64,000 bases of DNA. Source: Catajapyx aquilonaris. Taxonomy: Eukaryota. The stretch is taken from NCBI GenBank assembly GCA_000934665.2, contig KZ538381.1, forward strand, positions 1-64,000, written 5' to 3'. The notes under the pieces are model-generated. The model made no database searches. It was not told the origin of the DNA and saw nothing but the letters and a program-made list of their open reading frames with translations. Shown one piece after another: positions 41,440-54,279 of this stretch (positions within the stretch are counted from its first letter, which is position 1; every line of letters begins with the position of its first letter). The translations under genes were made by a program, and so were the position numbers.

Positions 41440-41770
41440 CCAAACAAAATGGCTGCCCAATGCAACCGAATTTCCAGGTGCTCCCAAAATCCGTGTTCAC
41501 CGCACACATGTGATGAAAACCGGAAAAAAAGGTCGAATGAGTATTCTGGTGGCGAGGTAAACATAGTTGAGCGTGTGGGTAATTAGCAGAATGCGCCCCA
41601 ACGCCTTAATACACTGCACATATAATTTGGAATGGCATAATAGTTGAATTACATGGAATTTCCTTGGCGGGCCAGCGAAACACGGAACGAGCACACGACC
41701 GGCTCTGGTTGGCTCCTTTTCAAATGGTCCGCTTTGATGGACGCCCGCCTCAACTTGGGTGGTCCACAGT
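41440..41770. promoter_or_regulatory. Candidate intergenic enhancer (TCF, Gli/Ci and YY1/Pho-like motifs)
   Basis: CTTTGAT at 41732-41738, TGGGTGGTC at 41756-41764, AAAATGGCTGC near 41446. Confidence 0.35.
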
Positions 41771-43504
41771 CACGAGTCCGATCCATGGATCGAGTATGCC
41801 TACCCACCTACCTACCTACACGTTTGCTTGCCTGACTGCCACGCCAACAATATTCATTCAACCTGGTATATAGCTTAAGGGTCTTGCTGGCTTACATGCC
41901 GACCATAGACTATCTTTAGAACTCGTCTTTACAAAAAAAAACATGGTTTTTTTGCTGGTTGGGGAGAGAAGTCGCGATGGGTTGTTGCGTGGTGACATCT
42001 CTTAGGGATTAATTATGTTTTCCATCGCCTGACAGCGCATATTGCTTCATTGGGAGTTTCTACACCCTGCTTCTTATAAGGATGCGTGATTGGTTCACCT
42101 AGGTGATAGGCTATAATTAAGGGACTATTAATGTTTGCTGGCAGGTTGTGTTCCAACTTTTTTTTTATTTCCTCTTTCCGTCCCTCCCTGCTAATGGGTT
42201 CAAACTTGTTATGCTGACGAATATATGTTGGCGTCACTGCTAATTGAAAATTGGATTATTTTTTTCTTGAATAGGAATGTACTTGGCAGATAGTCATCGG
42301 TTTCCTCTGGGCCCATAGGGGTGGCATTTTATTACCAAAGAGCAATAGGACTTGGCACGAATTATTAATCACGGTTTCAAATCCATTTATTTTCATATAT
42401 GAGGGTTCATTACTTTCTTTGCAGATCGCACTATTACATGTGATAAAATGTTATAGATGCTAAAAAATATGGTCATGAAACACAATGTGTTTCACGACCA
42501 TACTTTTCTGTGGAGGCAATATCATTGCATCTCCTTTCTGGTCACACAAAAGTGTAGGTATACTGTAGGAATCACTGTCATGTAGGGTATCATTTATACA
42601 TAACTGGTAGTTTTGTTGTTGTAAACAAATCCGGATTTTATAGCAAATAAAAAATAATCCGAACATTACAAACACCAGCAGCAGCACGAGTATATATGAT
42701 ACAAAGGCATACTCCCATTATATCTATATTTACAACTCTGACGCAATGTGCTCAAAATGTGTCAGTATTTTATAGCTTAACACTTTCAGGGTAAAGCTGT
42801 AGTTAGTTGCGTACAGTGATAAGTTATTTCAGTCCCATCATAAGCATCAACGTTACGTAAACTTATAAATTGTGGTATAAAAAGTTCCTAAATAGACATG
42901 GACTCTCGCTCTTGTGTCAGGCATGCAATATGTTACTGTAGAGCATGATGTCACCCAAGTCGTAAGCTGTAAGTTAATTATGTAAACCGACCGTGAACGG
43001 AATAATATCGTACTGTACATATATGGTCCTAAACGATATATCAGTTTTACCACACTTCATGATGTGGAATGAGAAAATTTTTATTTGTCCTAACTTTAAC
43101 ACATGCATACCCATCATCAAACATACGCTCGTATAGTATATAGCACAGATTAGTCTTCTGGACTGGATTTTGTTTATTGGTATCGAAGTGAGTGAAATGT
43201 CAATTCTTGTGGGAGGAATAATCGAAAGTTGGGAGGAATGGTTCGACATCAGCATGACGTACCTGTACTTGGGGGAAGGGGGGGGGGGTGATTCGGCACA
43301 TCGTGACTGCACATAACATGGGGAAGGGTATATAGCGCGTGTAATTAAGCATATTTGAAACCTTGTTGAAATCTCATGTGGCCTCTATAGGACTATATAG
43401 GGGACCACCTCTTAAATGCTAACTTTATTCAATAATATTGCTGCCCTGTTGATGATATACAGGCAGCCTCCGACTTACGTAAGTCCGGAAAAGCACGGGG
43501 AAGA

Positions 43505-43685
43505 TGCGGTTTTGGATAAGCGGAGGAAATTGGAGAACCCCGAGAAAACCCATCACGTGAACATGGAGATAATATCTTGAAAGTATTTCCACCAGAGAAA
43601 ATCATCTGTTCAATCCGAGTATCGAACTCGGGACCTCAGAGGTGAAAAGGCTGCAACGTTATCCACTATATGCACCAGTTCCGCC
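43505..43685 (-). mobile_element. tRNA-headed SINE with V-domain-like core
   Basis: Minus strand has B box GAGTTCGATAC followed by GGGTTTTCTCGGGGTTCTCCAATTTCCTCC; a head fragment of similar sequence lies near 60195-60240. Confidence 0.6.
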
Positions 43686-46534
43686 ACCCTAAACTCGCAT
43701 AATGATTTAACTTATGTAATTTCCTTTTGGTTGATAAAAATAACAGGAAACTCGATGCGTGAAGGGCTGATCCTTTGACGCTGTTGGCTGAATACATGCT
43801 GTATCGCATATGTATCACACTCTGCCATCATAGGTTTTATCTCTTTATAAAGCTATTCATCTATATGCTGCTTACCCAAATGTCTACACCACCAGCACAA
43901 CTCATGTTATGAAAGCTATGCCTCCGCACATCACGCTTTATTCTATCTGATGCCTCCATGTATGAATATATGAATACTTTTACATGATAAAAAATTGATT
44001 ACGTCAACAACTATATGCGTGAATGTAACTGTCGCGTGTTTATACTGCACACAAAAAAACACGGTATGACCCACATCAAATGGGACATCGGGAATAAGAG
44101 AAGAAAGAAGAAAAAGAAACGGGTGCTTTGCTTACCTCTCCTGTCCCGCGATGACACCGTATGTGCTTTTCTGTCAGCCAAGCAGTGCATGCGTCTTCAC
44201 TGTGTATAACAAGGCTATAAGGAGATAATTATATGTCACAGAGAAGCCCTTTCTCTGCCCGCTAAACACGGTTTGCACACTGGAGAAAAGCATCATGCAT
44301 CACGCACTGTCATTATTAGTCTCTTTCACCACTGAATCTGAATTTATGTTCCACTCTCCCATGCGCTTCTCGCACGTCAAGCAAGCAAGTCATGTATTTG
44401 CGGTTTCTTGGGATGGACTGGAGCGAGACAGCAGTACATATACCTATATTATACGCACTAGACCCATCAAAGCACCAAGCAGCTCACGCAATGAGAACAC
44501 CTTACCAATATGTGAATAAAGGTGAGTGAACGCTGGCTGTTGAGTCTAAGATGCATGACGCTGTATAGTGTGAATGAGAGAATAGAGCTAGAAAAGAAAA
44601 GGAGGGAACGAGGGTGTATCATCAGCAAGCGGTGAAGCCTAATCCATCGGAACCCTGCCGCTGTCTGTAAATGTCAAAATAGGAAGGTGGTGCAATAAGG
44701 CGGCTTTAACGCCTCTGTTTACGTTTTCGAGGGCAGCAAATTTGTCCCCGACACACGATCCATCATCTCTTTTGTCAGGGGAGGCAATGTGTCGCTTCTC
44801 TCTTCCAAAAGGTGTCAATCAAATCTCACACAACTTTTAAATGCTCCTCAAAGGTATCGATGGCCCCTTTTCCCCTTTGGCCTGTCCTTCACCGCTATAT
44901 CTATAGCCTGAGGGTATACCATATACACACTTGGTATACACACCACTAGAAAGATTATATAGACTTCATTTTGAAATCCTCTTACAAAGCTCAGGCGCAG
45001 TTCTTCTTTTATATTTTGTTATTTATGACTTCCAAGAACCCTTTTCAGTGTCCTGGGAAGGAATTTTGCTGTTTTCATAAATACTACATAGAAACTGTGC
45101 CAATGCAGGCAACGCAAACAACCGCATCTCAATAACATGAAAGCAGAATATTTAGTACTGTTTGAGTTTAGGTACCATGTTTTGCAATCACAAAAAGGAT
45201 GTCAACACATAAGCCATAATTTATTTACCACATCAGCTTACACGCAGCAATAATAATCAATAATAATTACAATCAATAATAATATCAACCCGGCGAGGCC
45301 TACAAGGAAGGAGAAAATGTTTTATTTCGAAGTAAAGATTTTGAGGTTTGCATCCTGAATGAACTAAGTGCAACTTATATTTGCTATATGTTGTTCGCCA
45401 ATTATATACTATAATATATTGTTATTTCTCAGAAAAATTGTAATTAGGTAGAGCCTATTATTTGTTTTAATACTTTACACCCGATGACTTAGGAATAAAA
45501 GTTTTTTCACTCACGACATTTGGACATTTGTAACACCTTATGATTTACAGGTTTGCAAATACTATTAATATTTTTTCTAATACGCGGGTTTACAACACTA
45601 CATAAGTACGGAATGTTGCAAACCATCGGCAGCTGCACGGTCACCGGAAAAACGTATAGGCATGAGGATTCTGATGATATGATTGTATCCTCTTGACAGA
45701 GGATGCCGGAATTATGATAACGTCCGCCTCTGCGAACATGAAACATCCAAAATATGATCGCCGCGTGGGAAGAGAATTTTTGACAACGTCTCATTCACGT
45801 TGGGCAAAGAAAGAAAAAAAATGAGGGTATACCGGTATAAGGAAACAGTTCTCGGAAGCCAATCTGGGGGAAAAATTACTATTCCAAATGCAATGGCTGT
45901 CAAGACAGACGTCCTGTTTAGAACTTCGCATCCTCTCCTACTTTTTGATAGGCCTACTATTTTATATGCTTTCTTCAAATTAGGGTATGGGTGACATGTA
46001 CCATCGTGCCCTTTTAACGTATCATATTAAACATTGAGGTGTGCAAAAAATGTCATTATTTTCTGTCATTTACACTTTTTTAGTCGCCACTTGCTTCATG
46101 TTTACAACAGAGGATATGGAGATCAGTCTCTAAGTTTGCATGTTACGACCTCGTTTCCGGATTCAGGAGATGTGAACGCCGTCACAGGGAAATCAAAGGA
46201 ACTTGGGATGGGGGAAGAGTGTACAAGAAGTCAACACGCTGGGCATATACAGTCTGTTTGGGAGCCACTTACTAAGCAGCCAAGTTGCCACCGTTCGTAG
46301 GAGGTAAATATGGCACCATCAGAGGGGAATGAGGGTAGTCGGCGCCAAAGGGAGCCATGCACATGACCCAACCGCCATTGACAGCGTCCTTCTCGCCCAA
46401 GACGTCGGGTGCGCCCACCAAATCACTGTTATGTATAAATGTGGCTCCACGGCGCCAACCTCCCCAACAACAACAAAAAGGCAATAAAATAATAAAATAA
46501 TAATAATTAACTGGAATGACTCAGATACACTTCT

Positions 46535-46914
46535 TCAAGCCTCCTTGGCCTCGTCTATAGGCTCCAGACAAGGTGTGGATGCGGCGGTGGGCACTCCGCC
46601 TTCCTCATCCTCATCGCCCCGAACAGGAATGGTGGAGTGATTGTAGAGTCCCTGCGCCATGAGTTGTAACGCGAGAGGATTCCTCTGTCCAGAAGCCTTC
46701 TTGATCTTGGCCCTCTTGTTTTGGAACCAGATCTTGATCTGGCTCTCGTTGAGTGCCAGTTCCCTGGCCAGACTCTGCCGCCTCTTCTCTGTCAGGTATC
46801 GGTTCTCGTCAAACTCTCTCTTCAGCCGCTGGAGCTGCTCCTGAGTGAACGCTGTCCGGGGACGCTTCTCCTCCGGCCGACGCTCTCGCTTGCGGGCGCG
46901 ACGGGAACGGGGGC
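46535..46914 (-). CDS. en: Engrailed-family gene 2 (possibly invected-like), terminal homeobox exon; upstream exon(s) not found in window
   Basis: Minus-strand acceptor tgccgttcccccgtag|GC CCC CGT TCC at 46914, same phase-1 position as gene 1. Encodes [22 protein letters not shown]...[45 protein letters not shown]...EA*. No WPAWVYCTRY-coding sequence seen at 46915-64000. Confidence 0.96.
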
Positions 46915-47562
46915 CTACGGGGGAACGGCACATGCCCAAGGCTTTTCTTACTTGGATGCATCTTTGCCTTTTTTCGCCCGAGTGTTCAGTGCAACCCGAT
47001 ATGCTTAAGGGACTCACGGAAACCCGTATGTGGTTTCAAGGAGTGATATATAATCTGAGTTTAGCAGGTTGGGTTGTCGTTACTAAATGAATCGTAGATG
47101 TCAGTATAGGACGCGGTAGTGCCACCGGAATTCAATGAGATTCAGTCCACAGCCGAATTATTCTAGGAAACGTATTTGTTCCTAGAGTAATTATTATCAG
47201 AATACTATATAGAGTCTAGAAGATTGCATGGAGCAATTTAGTGTCAATTAGCTTTATGGATGTAATTTTGAACAATTCTGCTTTAAAGGACAAGGTTGAG
47301 CCTGTCTAATAGGTATGGCCTAAACAAGAATAACCACTTTACGCTTATGAATGCTGCAGAGAGCAATGAGTGGGTGACTTATGTGCTTAGATTCGTGGCT
47401 GGAATTTACATTTAGCTGCTCAATTTTAGTCCACCTCTGTCCCGTACAAGGCCAAGTACAAGAGTTGAGATTATGTCTCTTATTTCTTTGTCAACGCGAA
47501 AACCAGTATGAAATACTGCTATAAGTACTTCACTCCATAAAGAGGTTCTAAACAGTCGTACA

Positions 47563-48432
47563 CAGGGTGATCCAACAAGGAAGAACCACTGCTTACGGAA
47601 ATTCTTATTTAGCGGATTTTCAGTAACCGTTAAGTATAGTATTAGGTTACTTATGTCATTGCAAAAAATAGTCGATTATCATTCCTCAAGTGGGCAAAAA
47701 AAAAGCAAAAGGGTCGGCTATACTTTTTTCGATCTCGTTAATCGATCATGTGTTAAATTACTTCAAAATATTGGTTTGGGATGCACATTTCCGAAGTAAA
47801 TAATGTTTAGTCATCTAAGGGGTCATTACCGAAGCCCATGGATTTTTTTGGCAGCCAAAATTTCAGATCGGAAAACCCAGGTTTAGACACCCTTTATAGT
47901 GACAGGTTAGATAACTAGACTAATGCCCGATTGCACCAGCCGAAATTACCGATCCGATAGCTCCTATAATGGATCGTTAGGAGCCCTTTTAACGTGTGCT
48001 AACGATCTGTTAGGAGCTATCGAATCGGTAATTTTGTTGGTGCAATCGGGCATGAACCTGGCTTCCAAAAAAAATCATACTTGATCAAGCTCTGCTTATA
48101 TAACACAAGGTCTCCAACCGGGGTTTTCCGACCTGAGCTTTTTGCTGCTAACAACATCCATGGGCCTTGGTAATGACCCCATTAGATATAACCAAACATC
48201 CATTTACTTTGGAAAAGTGTACCCCAAGCCGATATTGTGATGTAATTTTGACACATATCCGATATACACGGGATGGAAATATATAGCCGCCGGCCATTGC
48301 TTTCTTCTACCTAAAAGGGGAAGGGGAAGCGGTTATTTTGTAACATAATATTTTATGGTTATTGGAAATAAGTTGAATAAGCTGAAGATATTATGAAAGC
48401 AGTGGTACTTTGCTGTTGCCGGGGCCATTCTG
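47563..48432. mobile_element. Old long foldback MITE (CAGGGTG end) in gene 2 intron
   Basis: Paired blocks ACCACTGCTT 47585-47594 / AAGCAGTGGT 48397-48406 and GGGGTCATTACC 47819-47830 / GGTAATGACCCC 48169-48180; arms about 330 bp, diverged. Confidence 0.8.
47924..48052. mobile_element. Harbinger-like hairpin MITE nested in the loop of the 47563 element
   Basis: TAA|TGCCCGATTGCACCA ... TGGTGCAATCGGGCA|TGA; about 55-bp arms. Confidence 0.85.
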
Positions 48433-51400
48433 TATATAATGCATTCAGCCTTAGGAATGCCGGTACTGACGTTACAGTAGCGACAATGTCTGTCAACTTA
48501 TCAACAATGTATCTGACAATTAAAGGCTTGTTACATCAGTATACTATTACCGGTACTCTGTTATAAGGCAGAATACATTATGGTATGTCTCCTCTTATCT
48601 GTGTTTTTCCGAATGCACACTGCAGGCAATATTTTAAATATTTGATTATGTATTGTTATTCTAAATATTGAAATGTTCTGCATATTGTACTTTCACATTT
48701 GCGTTTATTGTATAGCATGGTTCGGTGACTAGCGACTGGAAATGACAGTATATTCAACACTAATGTTAAATTCATGGCTCATTTCCACCTCTTAGCAAAT
48801 GATTGCTAGCCCTTATTTAGCTTGAAAAAAAGGGAATAGGCCTACGTCTCAGGAAGTTGTAATTTATACTTATGATATGTACAGTACGTGTGAAAAGTGT
48901 AAAGTTTTCAAAACAAATGTGGAAAAGGTGCAGATGATTGTAAAATATTCTAATTGTGCACATGCAGGGAGTGAGAGTGATCACAACTCCTGTTTGGTCT
49001 GACACCTCTTCCTCTTGCCATGTGATCAAACCCACTAGCAGTAATTCAATTACTTCTGGTAACGTACGATTTAATGTTCATTGTATAGGAATTCCAATGG
49101 AGCTAGATGATTCGTATATACCGTAGTATTTTTGTAAAAATGATCAATACAACTTTTCCATGTAAGAATGCCAATTTTCGACTGCATATTATATTAATTT
49201 GTGCGACTTCAATGCACTGGGCAACTGATAACGTTATAAATAAAAGTATCAGAAAATACCACCGCAATATGTCACCAGAAGTAATTATTAGCATATGAAA
49301 ATAATACACTACAATGTATCATGTTGTGTCCTAACAGTTGTATAAGTGAGCATCCTTGACGTTATGCAGCATGTTTGAAAAATAACCTGTAGGACACGTA
49401 TGTATAAAACCTTCCCAAGCCCTCCTATCTCATTAATTTTGCTCTAAAGAATGTGTCAGGTCTCATGTATATTTTTAAAATTATGCGTGCAACTCATAGT
49501 TATGACAAAACAGTGCATGACCTACACACAGTGTCATCTATTATTTTGCACTGAAAAAATGAGAGAATACGGTACGATTAGGAGTGTATTGCTCATTTTT
49601 TTCAAGGCCATGTTTAGACTCAACCAAGGACTCAACAACATGTTGCACAACGTGCTGCGGTGCCTCATAAATAAATTGGAGTCATATTGGGCTGCACACA
49701 GAGGCTGATTAGAATTTCAGCGAGTCGAGTCATATTATTTCAGTTATTTTGAGGGTGTGTATAGGAATCAGCCGCCTCATTCTACCAGTCACCACAAGCA
49801 GATATTATGGAGTGATCAGTGGAGTATAGCAGCATTCTTATGGTCTGGTCTGGTATGTTATACTGACTTTTGGGTTTTACTTTGTAACTCATAAGTTATT
49901 AAGTGTCATTTACATTGCATGTCATTAACATAATAATTAAATAATATTTTAGAATATGGTCAATCTATTATCATCTGCTTGACAGAACAGCCCATACTGT
50001 AGGTCTACAGTATAATTTGCAACAAAATAGCTGAGAGAAAAAAAATGTGCAGTTTCTGGCCCATTAGACACCTTACATGTGGGATCTGGAAAGTTAGACT
50101 GTCACCATATAGAGCTATCAACTCTGCTGTGCACTGTAGCTGCCATCCGCTGATGGTATAGAATGAAGCTTTGTCGCAAGCCACTTTACAATTCGAGTAC
50201 GGATTGACGCTGTAACTTGATCTAGTGATACATTACACCCATTCATGCTATGCAGTAAACACACAATAGGCAGGACACTCTCTGTAATTTTCTATATGGC
50301 CTTTTGACTAAGCAGATAGATAATTTTGACATTCAACACACCTTCAAACGGATATTTTTAAATTTAATATTGCACAACACGTAGGTTGTAACATGAATTA
50401 AAACAACTATGCCCCGCCTTTACTTTTCAAAAGGATTGTCCAAACGAAATGCTGAATATAAAGGAGCTCTACAAAATATGTCAGTACATGTATATAATGT
50501 CAGAAGGACACTGAATGTATGAGATGGATTGAACTGATTACAGAGAGTGGTTGAGCTGGTGCCCAGGTCCGAAACCTTGCTTGCTGCCATGAAAGCTAAT
50601 TACAGTCGAAACTTCTTATCGAGATAAGCAAAACACTCAGCTGCGCTCTCGTCACTGAATGCCAGATTGTACCGCTATCTCCACTATGTCGAAGGCTCTA
50701 GACCTCCCCCCTGCATGACCTGTACGTGAACAGTAAACTGGTTTACATCTCTGACTATTAATAGCAAGATTATATCATTTCATAATAATGAACTCAGTCA
50801 TTTGCTGAAAGCATTAAATTATTGCCCCAGTCGCAGTCTTACGATTCATTCATGCGAATATGTTTTACTGTATAGTTTTGATTTCCTTCTGATAGTTATA
50901 AAGCATTTAGGGGTGGAGCTCTGAATCCAGGTGACAACACAGTAACATACTATCATTTTCATCTTCAATTACTTATGAATACCGCCACATTGTGTGGCTA
51001 AAGATCGATGAACCTAATTTTGTATATTTACGTAGTCGCACTATCGCGGCATCACAACGACTGCAGCATATGAATGCCATTTATGATGTTTCACAATCGT
51101 ATAATTCTATAATTTTTCTCTCTAGAATTACTCTATAATTGCACTGGAGGATATCGGCTATAATCAAGCTCTTGTTCCGCAAATTATTTATAATTCCATT
51201 TGCTAAATTCTGCAGGTTATATCTGTAATTTGTAAGCACCTAAACATCACATATTAAGGAGTGGTTATCATAGCACGGATTGCACTGAACACATATGAGC
51301 ACAATGTATGAAAATGTAACTGCTATATTGCACATAATACAAAACCATTCCATACGTAAAGCCCGCCATCAAATTTATAATTGATACACTCTTTTAGGCT

Positions 51401-54129
51401 CCAAGTCTATTTTAAAACTCTTGTTTTGGTCCACAAATTGCAGCCATCCGATGCACATTCGAACATTTAAAATTCCTCCCGAGATAAGCTCGATATATCC
51501 CCATAAAAAGCAAGACGGATATGCGTGACTATTATTCGGGGGGCGCCGTCAGAAAAAAGAACTATTAAAGTCCAGGCATAAATGGTGTGCATCAAGCATG
51601 GGCCTAAACGAGCTCATTTGATGGGTGAATCCCGTGATGAGGCTCCAAGGGCCCCCACTTTGGACGATTTTTGTTAACGAGCTCGCGACAAGGCAAGCGC
51701 CAGCCACCATCCATCGACATCGTACCACTTGACCTCCATTGTTTACAAAAAGCTTAACAGTGGATGCGAGCCCTTGTAGGTCCCCAACAAGTTCCCAGAG
51801 TGCGCATTCCTCACTATCACTGTAAAAAGGGTAGCACAACACACACACACTCACCTGTAATCACGCAAATAGTACACTTGGCTCGGCACCTATTAAAACT
51901 CCGAGAGTGTCAGCGCTTACACTCGTGAAACTTTTTACGACCCAATGTACTGTATTGCAGGTGTCACGCTGACAGTTACTTGCTGCACCTTGGGGACATG
52001 CCAATTTGGGCAAGGCTTCAATCAGGGGAAGCCATCACGGTGGAATTGCCATACCAAAAGGCTGAACTTAATTAGTCTTCAGATAATTTGGAGGCATAAG
52101 TTGCACAATCAGAATGTTATGGTAAATATGCAACAATAAGTTTTTGCATCAGTTTGTCACTTTTTCAGTAGCCGGACAGCATAATATACAGTATGTTTCA
52201 AAATGAATCAGCAAACAAAATTGCGATGTGTACTTGGCCACTTTATGTAATACTTGTAGATATGTCATTTGGTCAAACATTTGCTGAAATATCCTGGCAG
52301 CTATGCGTCCCACCGCACGACCTTGGCTTTTTTTTTATTTCTACAAAATATAACAGCTGCTACCATGCAGCTTTAATTTCTCATTCTAACAAGCAGTGGT
52401 CTACGGCGACCAAATGACACCTCCGCATAAAGTTGATCCTCGGATGTCCAAAACTTGAAGTTTGTCTGAATCATAACGAAACGCCCTGTATATGCAGATA
52501 GTAATCAGATCAAGTTGTTTTCCCTGAGATATATACCCCTGATGACCCCTCCATACAGGTCATGAAGCTGGCCTAAACACACACAAAGAGTGCAGTCCCA
52601 TTTGGAACATCCCTCCAACAGATAGCCCGCAATTGACCCCCGTCAATTATTCACCATGTTTGTTTTCGTCCTTGCCATTCGGCCGGACCGGTCACTAAAC
52701 GACCGGCCTGGAAATGACTGTGGGGGTCAAGTGGAGCATAATTTTTGGCTACTCCCAGACCTTATCACGATGTCCTGTCTGTCACTTGTCTACTGTTGGA
52801 GACGGTATACGCTCCCCAGTCTGGCTCAACAAGGCGCATCATTCTGCTGGCCACCACTGATCAAGTTCTCTGCTGGGAACGCTGATTAATTGTCGCCTCT
52901 ATCCCTTCATGTAAAAAATGTCACGTCATTTTTGGGTGGCCGCTTTATTAATAAATTGGGTGATAGAGCACGGCTGCTGCGTAGCTACAAAAATTAGGCT
53001 GTTCGAGTGATCCATTGTTGCCGGACTGGAGTGGTTCCGGATGACATCCGTCAACTTGATCCACGAAGTGAAGTCTGAATACTCGGAAGTTTGACCCAAG
53101 GATGAAATGTTTGCAGAGGATGCAAATTGAACCCCACCCTTTGGTTTTTTTTTGGGGGGGGGGGGTGGGAGATGAAGGGTTGGATTTGGTAGACGGATGA
53201 CATGCGATTGCTGACACTGCTGAACTAGGAAAGGTACGAGGCTTTTAACTTTCTTGACAGCTTCACGCAACATGTGATTCCTCTGCTCTCTAGCTTTCCT
53301 TTCCTCATTTTTTGCTCTTATTGTTCGCTTATGACAGGGGACAGGCTGCCTACATGGAAACATTGATAACTACTCTTCCTCTCCTTCCTTTCTTGAATAG
53401 TGACATACATATCTTGCATAACCTCTCGTATTGTACTATTTCAAAAGTTCGTGCTTTTGGTCCGGTTGTATGAAGCAGCATATTTGAGCTGATCAAACCG
53501 GCACGTATAGGTCAAACAGGACCCTGAGGTGACATCTGGCATCCCTTTGCCTCCTTTTTTTCCGACAATGGAGCCACACTTCATCTTGAGGGCGCAATTA
53601 GGCACCTTTCGTGAGGATGGATTTCACTCTTGAAAAAGGTGACATAACACCGTTAGGGGTGCACCCAGTGGGGTAAGCCTTGTCACCTTCGAAAGTGCCG
53701 TTCGGCACCTGCTGTGGTTGTTAGAGTAGTCTTGATCCAAAATATGTCATGTCTCAAATTGGCATATCTTCCCAAGGCGCAGATATGAAGTTTTACTGAT
53801 GCTATTTCGCAAGTATAATATGGCAACACTATGCAAAAAAAACTGATTGAACCCAGTGGCAGCAATATACTGTACTTACAATTGTACAATTGTGTAATAA
53901 CCACATATTTAACAAAGTTAAGTTGCGAATCACTCGCGATCGTTTCCTCAAATTGTTAAGTTAAACCGTAATATAGCAAAGTACATGAATATCTAAACAT
54001 TTGAGGACACCGTATGGTTTAGTGCTCAATATTTCATTTTGAAAATTGACAATCATGCAAATCGACCGGATACAATATTGGCAAAATGTTTGCAGAACGC
54101 CTTCTCATCGATTGGGCCCCGAAGGTGGA

Positions 54130-54279
54130 GCTCCATCATTATGCCTGGAATGATAACCCATGTAAGTTGTAGGGATGTTTCTGTTTGCACAGGTGGGCAA
54201 CTGGAGGGACCATGCTCCCGCGGGGAATCGAACCCAAGATCTCATTAAATGGTGATTGCTCTGCCACTGAGCTACAACC
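54130..54279 (-). mobile_element. tRNA-derived SINE remnant
   Basis: Minus strand GTAGCTCAGTGGCAGAGC...GGGTTCGATTCCCC (A and B boxes); left boundary approximate. Confidence 0.65.

Noticed and set aside
46915..47017. In-frame upstream extension of the gene 2 ORF (…[11 protein letters not shown]), containing an RS dipeptide and an in-frame AG
   Set aside because: It lies upstream of the acceptor at the conserved position; the alternative AG has no pyrimidine tract, so this is read as intron.
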